Assembly (NCBI GenBank): GCA_963786935.1
Contig: CAWBAN010000003.1
Coordinates: forward strand, 128,001 to 192,000
From: an uncultured bacterium
GTDB taxonomy: Bacteria; Krumholzibacteriota; Krumholzibacteriia; Krumholzibacteriales; Krumholzibacteriaceae
Length of the DNA: 64,000 nt
Direction: 5' to 3'
This document shows, one piece after another, positions 60,079 to 64,000 of this stretch. Position numbers and translations under genes: made by a program. The notes beneath the pieces are model-generated. The model was given only the letters and a program-made list of their open reading frames with translations. It was not told the DNA's origin and searched no databases. Every line of letters begins with the position of its first letter. The stretch's first letter is position 1.

Positions 60079-61170
60079 ATGAAAGCCCGACGCGCACTTC
60101 TCATCGGCCCCTACCCGCCTCCGATCGGCGGGGATACGGTGCTCACGCTCAACGTCTCGCGCAGCCCGTACTGGCACGAGAGCGGCATCGGGATCGAGCG
60201 CGTCGACACGTCGCCCGGGGGGCGGATCAGTGTGCCCGACGAGAAGATCACGGCGTCGGACATCGCGCGCGGCGCGCGCATTTTCCTCGAATTCGCCGTC
60301 AGGATGCCTCGCTGCGGCGCGGTCATGCTGTGGGCGAACAGCCGGTTCCTCGTGACGGAGGGGCTCGCGATCATCGTGTGGTCGCGCCTCTGGGGGAAGC
60401 CGGTCTTCGTGAAGATGTTCGGCTCCTATCTCGCCGCCAGAATCCGCGGCATTCCGCGGCCGTGGCGGGGATTCGTCGTCCGGGTGCTCGGGATGGCGGA
60501 CTGCGTTTTCGCGGAGACGCGCGCGCTCGGCCGGGATCTCGTCGGGGAAAGCCGGCTCGCGGAGGACCGGGTCGTCGTGCTTCCCAACTTTCTCGCCGGC
60601 GGATCTCCCGCGCCTCCCCGCGCCCCGAAACCGTTCTCCGGAAAGTGCGTGTTCTTCGGCCACATCAAGCGGGAGAAGGGGGTCTTCGATATCCTCGAAG
60701 CGCTCGGAGACGAGCCGGGCGCGAGCTGCGACTTCTACGGTCCCCTGCTCGAGCGCGATCGCGAAGCGTTCCTCGCGGCGGTCGCGGCGCGGGACAACCT
60801 CTCGTACCGGGGCACGGTCGAGCCGGGGCTCGTCAGCCTCGTCGCGGCGGGCTATGACACGCTCCTGCTTCCGACCTACCACGTGAGCGAAGGGTATCCG
60901 GCCGTCATTCTCGAAGCGTACGCCGCCGGCATCCCGGTCATCGCGACCGAGTGGCTCGCGCTCCCCGAGATCGTGGAGGACGGCGCGCGCGGCATCCTCG
61001 TGCCCGTTCGCTCCCCCGCGAAGATCCGCAAGGCCGTCCGCCGGCTCGCCGCCGACGATCGTCTCTACGCGTCGATGTGCGCGAACGCGCTCGCGTTCTC
61101 CGCGAATTTTTCGGAGCAGGCGGTTATCGGCGGGATCCTCGTGCCGCGCGTGGCGCGCGTCTTTCGATAG
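60079..61170 (+). CDS. GT4 family glycosyltransferase
   Basis: GPYPPPIGG, GHIKREKGV, EGYPAVILEAYAAGIPVIAT (EX7E). Confidence 0.9.
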   Translation: MKARRALLIGPYPPPIGGDTVLTLNVSRSPYWHESGIGIERVDTSPGGRISVPDEKITASDIARGARIFLEFAVRMPRCGAVMLWANSRFLVTEGLAIIVWSRLWGKPVFVKMFGSYLAARIRGIPRPWRGFVVRVLGMADCVFAETRALGRDLVGESRLAEDRVVVLPNFLAGGSPAPPRAPKPFSGKCVFFGHIKREKGVFDILEALGDEPGASCDFYGPLLERDREAFLAAVAARDNLSYRGTVEPGLVSLVAAGYDTLLLPTYHVSEGYPAVILEAYAAGIPVIATEWLALPEIVEDGARGILVPVRSPAKIRKAVRRLAADDRLYASMCANALAFSANFSEQAVIGGILVPRVARVFR

Positions 61171-61203
61171 ACTGAATTCCCCCGGCAGGCCTTCGTTCGC
61201 CTC

Positions 61204-63690
61204 TCAGCGGAGCAGCACGGCCTTGCGCGTGATCGCCGCGTCGCCCGTCCTCAGAACGTAGAAATAGACGCCGCTCGAGAGCCCCTCCGGCCGCCACGTG
61301 ACGGCGTGCGGCCCCGCCGCCGCGCGGCCCCGCGCGAGGACGGCGACCGACTGGCCCGCCGCGTCGTAGACCCTCAGATCGACGTCCGCGTCCCGGGCGA
61401 GGGCATAGCGGATCACGGTCGAGGGATTGAACGGATTGGGGGCGTTCTGCTCGAGCGCCGCGAGCGGCGCCGGGAGCTCCCCGGCGTGCGTCGTCTCGAG
61501 GATCGAGAGCGTGTCGCGGTACACGGAGCGGTCGTGCGCCACGACGTCGAGCTCGATCGCGGCGATCGAATCGGGCAGCGCCGTGAACCGCGCGAGATCG
61601 ATATGACCGGTCCCGTCCGCCGAGCCTCTGCCGTAGCAGACGCCGTCGTGGTACAGGCAGGCGATCGCGCCGGCCGCGCCCGTTTCGAGCTCGATCCCCG
61701 CGGCGTACCGGCCGATGCCGGCGGGGTGCGTGACGGCGAGCGGTCCGGGCGCGTCGGTCCATCCGTCGAGGGCCGGATCGCCGAGGAGGTTCGATTCGTA
61801 GAAGCACCATCTCACCGCGCCGGGCTCCCATTCGTCCGGAAGGTCGAGGTACGGCGCCGTCTCGTCCTTCGATCGCGCATGCGCGGCGCCGAGCGTCGTG
61901 TACCCCTCGGTGAAGACGGCGTCGAAGAACTCGCGCATGAGGTGAATCGAAGGGCCGTTCGTCGTCCCCTCGGTGAACCATCCGTAGCGGGAGTTGCAGA
62001 CGAACGCGACGGCGCAATGATTGACGAGAACCATCTGCTCGGCGATACAGTCGGCCGTCTCGTACGCGCCGTAGGGATCGCGGTTGTCGAACGAGCCCGG
62101 GTAGCATCCGGTCGAGCAGATGATGGGGAAGTTCGCGCCGACGCCGTCGTTGAGGAACAAGGCGTCGGTGACGTCGCTCCGCTGGAGGCGCATGACGTAT
62201 CCCTGATTCGAGTGGCCGGCATGGGCGACCCAGTTCGTGCCGGCGTTGAACCCGTTCATGACCGCCGTCTTGTTCCACACGAGCGTCCGGTCGTACTGCC
62301 GCACGATCGAGAAGCCCGTCGGGATCCCGCCCGTCGTGAAGCCGTTGTCGCTCTTCGCGCCGACGAGCAGCTCCATCTCGTCGTCGCCGTAGGTGAGGGG
62401 ATCGTTCCAGAGCTTCTCGCCGAGGAGCAATGCGCGCCGCGTCTCGGCGGCGACGGGCGTTTCCTGATAGGCGATCGTTTTACTGATGAATGCGGCGGCT
62501 TCGTCCGGCGTGTCCACGGGGGCGCGGCCGACGGCGACCTCGGAGTACGGATCGTCCTCGCCGGGCTCGCCCCAGCGCGCGTCGCCGTCCGTGTTCCAGG
62601 TGCCGTCGAGCGCGGCGAAATAGAGATCGCCGGGCATATTCTCGTCCGTGTACAGCTCGGAGGAATGGACCTCCCCGTAGAGGCCGCGGTACGGGACGAT
62701 CTTGGGGGCTCCGGTCGCGCCGTCCCAATCGCCGGCGAGGAGCACGTGCGTGAGGCCGTGCTGGATGTACGCGGTCGTGATGGCGTTTCTGATCCGTTCG
62801 GCCGCGTCCGCGCCGCCGTAACCGCTCGTGATCTCTTCGACGGTCATGATCCGCGCCCGGAGGCCGCGGCGCGTGTGGAAATTCTCGAGCGGGATAAAAG
62901 CGTCGGCGAGCCCGGCGGACGTGACGATGAGATATTCGAAGTCGCCCGGGGAATCGGCGAGCCGCGTGGCCCGTCCCCCGTAGGCGGACAGGTCGCCGGG
63001 ATTGCCGACGACGCGCGACACGCGCTCCGCCGTCTCCGGATCGGTGCGCAGGAGCCGGAGCGCCTCGCGCGCCTCGTCGCTCGGCGCCGTCTCGATCACG
63101 ACGTCGATCGTTTCGTAATAGCCCGTCTCCCCGGTCGCGGGGAGGTAGCCGAGCGGGCACACCGCGCCGGATGCGATCGCGTGCCCGCGCAGGTAGCCCG
63201 TTCTGAACGGCGCATCGGGAGGATACACCCATTCGGTCGCCGCGTAGGCGGCGGCGTTGTAGAGGAAGCGCCCCTTCGCGCCGTCGAGCGCCATGCCCGG
63301 GACGACCGCCTGGGCGGGATGGAGCCTGCGCGAGCCGCCGATGAGCCGCCAGCCGCCGCGGATCGTCCGCACGCTCGCGATCGATTCTCCCGGGGGGAGA
63401 AGGGCCCGGACGCCGCGGAAGGGATAGCTCGGCTCGCCGGGCTTGCCGGCCTGCACGGTCGCCGGAAACACGGCCCGCGTGAATCCGCCGGGGAGCGTTT
63501 CGATGCGCGGGGAAGCGAAGGAAACCGTGAGCCGCACGGTGGCGCACTCGGCGGTGAGCGCGAAAGAAACCGCGGCGATCGAGACCGCCGCGAAGGCGGC
63601 GCAGAGACGCGCGCGCGCGGATGCGCCGGCGATCGACGCGCGGGCGGACACGCGGACAAACGCGAACGGGGATCCTCGCAGAGCGTTCAT
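61204..63690 (-). CDS. C25 (gingipain-like) cysteine peptidase with propeptide and FlgD-like CTD
   Basis: GEP.YP propeptide, YLIVT, VLLAGD, DLYFA.LDG.W, VGRAP, HAGH and STGC dyad, NSRYGW, NLLGDP; QNAPNPFNP tail. Start 63690 fits the GGAGG RBS. Confidence 0.9.
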   Translation of the reverse strand: MNALRGSPFAFVRVSARASIAGASARARLCAAFAAVSIAAVSFALTAECATVRLTVSFASPRIETLPGGFTRAVFPATVQAGKPGEPSYPFRGVRALLPPGESIASVRTIRGGWRLIGGSRRLHPAQAVVPGMALDGAKGRFLYNAAAYAATEWVYPPDAPFRTGYLRGHAIASGAVCPLGYLPATGETGYYETIDVVIETAPSDEAREALRLLRTDPETAERVSRVVGNPGDLSAYGGRATRLADSPGDFEYLIVTSAGLADAFIPLENFHTRRGLRARIMTVEEITSGYGGADAAERIRNAITTAYIQHGLTHVLLAGDWDGATGAPKIVPYRGLYGEVHSSELYTDENMPGDLYFAALDGTWNTDGDARWGEPGEDDPYSEVAVGRAPVDTPDEAAAFISKTIAYQETPVAAETRRALLLGEKLWNDPLTYGDDEMELLVGAKSDNGFTTGGIPTGFSIVRQYDRTLVWNKTAVMNGFNAGTNWVAHAGHSNQGYVMRLQRSDVTDALFLNDGVGANFPIICSTGCYPGSFDNRDPYGAYETADCIAEQMVLVNHCAVAFVCNSRYGWFTEGTTNGPSIHLMREFFDAVFTEGYTTLGAAHARSKDETAPYLDLPDEWEPGAVRWCFYESNLLGDPALDGWTDAPGPLAVTHPAGIGRYAAGIELETGAAGAIACLYHDGVCYGRGSADGTGHIDLARFTALPDSIAAIELDVVAHDRSVYRDTLSILETTHAGELPAPLAALEQNAPNPFNPSTVIRYALARDADVDLRVYDAAGQSVAVLARGRAAAGPHAVTWRPEGLSSGVYFYVLRTGDAAITRKAVLLR

Positions 63691-63730
63691 GCACATCCTC
63701 CAGGTTGCGGAGACGTCGCTCGATGTCGAA

Positions 63731-64000
63731 TCATCGGAGAAGTACGAGCTTGCGCGTCTGTATCTCGTCCCCGAATTTCAGCACGCAGAAATAGATGCCC
63801 GACGAGACGCTCCGCCCATCCCGGTCGTCGCCGTTCCACCGGACGCTGTGCGCCCCTTGGGTCATCCGCGTCTCGCGCAGCGTCTTGACGAGCTCGCCGC
63901 GCACGCCGTAGATCCGCACGCTCACGATGCCGTCCGCCGGAAGGTAGAAGGGGATCCACGTCGTCGGGTTGAACGGATTCGGGTAGTTCTGGTCGAGGAG
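63731..64000 (-). CDS. Partial CDS: FlgD-like/T9SS-type C-terminal domain of an upstream secreted protein
   Basis: QNYPNPFNP...WNGDD.DG..VSSGIYF...RKLVLLR; runs off the window end. Confidence 0.85.
   Translation of the reverse strand, partial: LLDQNYPNPFNPTTWIPFYLPADGIVSVRIYGVRGELVKTLRETRMTQGAHSVRWNGDDRDGRSVSSGIYFCVLKFGDEIQTRKLVLLR

Noticed and set aside
61204..63690. Calling the C25 protein porU
   Set aside because: It is shorter than typical PorU and has a gingipain-style propeptide; no adjacent porV is visible in the window.
241..63888. Many long overlapping or antisense ORFs (e.g. 241..2814-, 9937..12627-, 13210..16875-, 34660..37677-, 42439..45459+, 49573..52662+, 61306..63888+)
   Set aside because: Arg/Pro/Ala-rich shadow frames expected at high GC; each overlaps a CDS with recognisable motifs.
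1..64000. CRISPR array, rRNA, intact transposase/integrase, reverse transcriptase or DGR
   Set aside because: No regularly spaced repeats or catalytic motifs were seen, and differences between the duplicated segments do not look adenine-specific.

Overview
A gene-dense, high-GC bacterial window. Many secreted proteins end in a 'PNPFNP...GxYF...KxVLLR' FlgD-Ig/T9SS-like C-terminal domain, and a GWxTD-type protein is present. Together these suggest an FCB-superphylum candidate lineage such as Krumholzibacteriota, Latescibacterota or Eisenbacteria (inference). Contents: (1) an FG-GAP-ectodomain sensor kinase, an NtrC-type activator, and a complete sigma54 promoter (two palindromic enhancers, IHF-like sites) upstream of a stand-alone receiver protein. 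(2) Peptide and amino-acid catabolism genes: SppA, an S9C peptidase, GGT, kynureninase, a Met/Cys lyase, an S41 peptidase, a frameshifted S9A peptidase, two tandem multidomain S8 subtilases and a C25 gingipain-like peptidase. (3) An accessory region at about 19.6-32.3 kb with three degenerate copies of a junction element and a partial gene duplication. (4) A full PEP-CTERM/exosortase/EpsI/PrsK/PrsR locus with its sigma54 promoter. The most notable observation is four small Cys-rich exported proteins from two unrelated families that share only a short C-terminal tag, I-x-C-x(9-10)-W-G-[AG]-I-K-S-L-[YF]. This is a candidate third C-terminal sorting signal. The three copies with visible 5' ends have their own near-consensus sigma70 promoters and long leaders, and two of them share a conserved leader containing an orphan Shine-Dalgarno sequence. 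No rRNA, tRNA, CRISPR array or intact transposase was seen.
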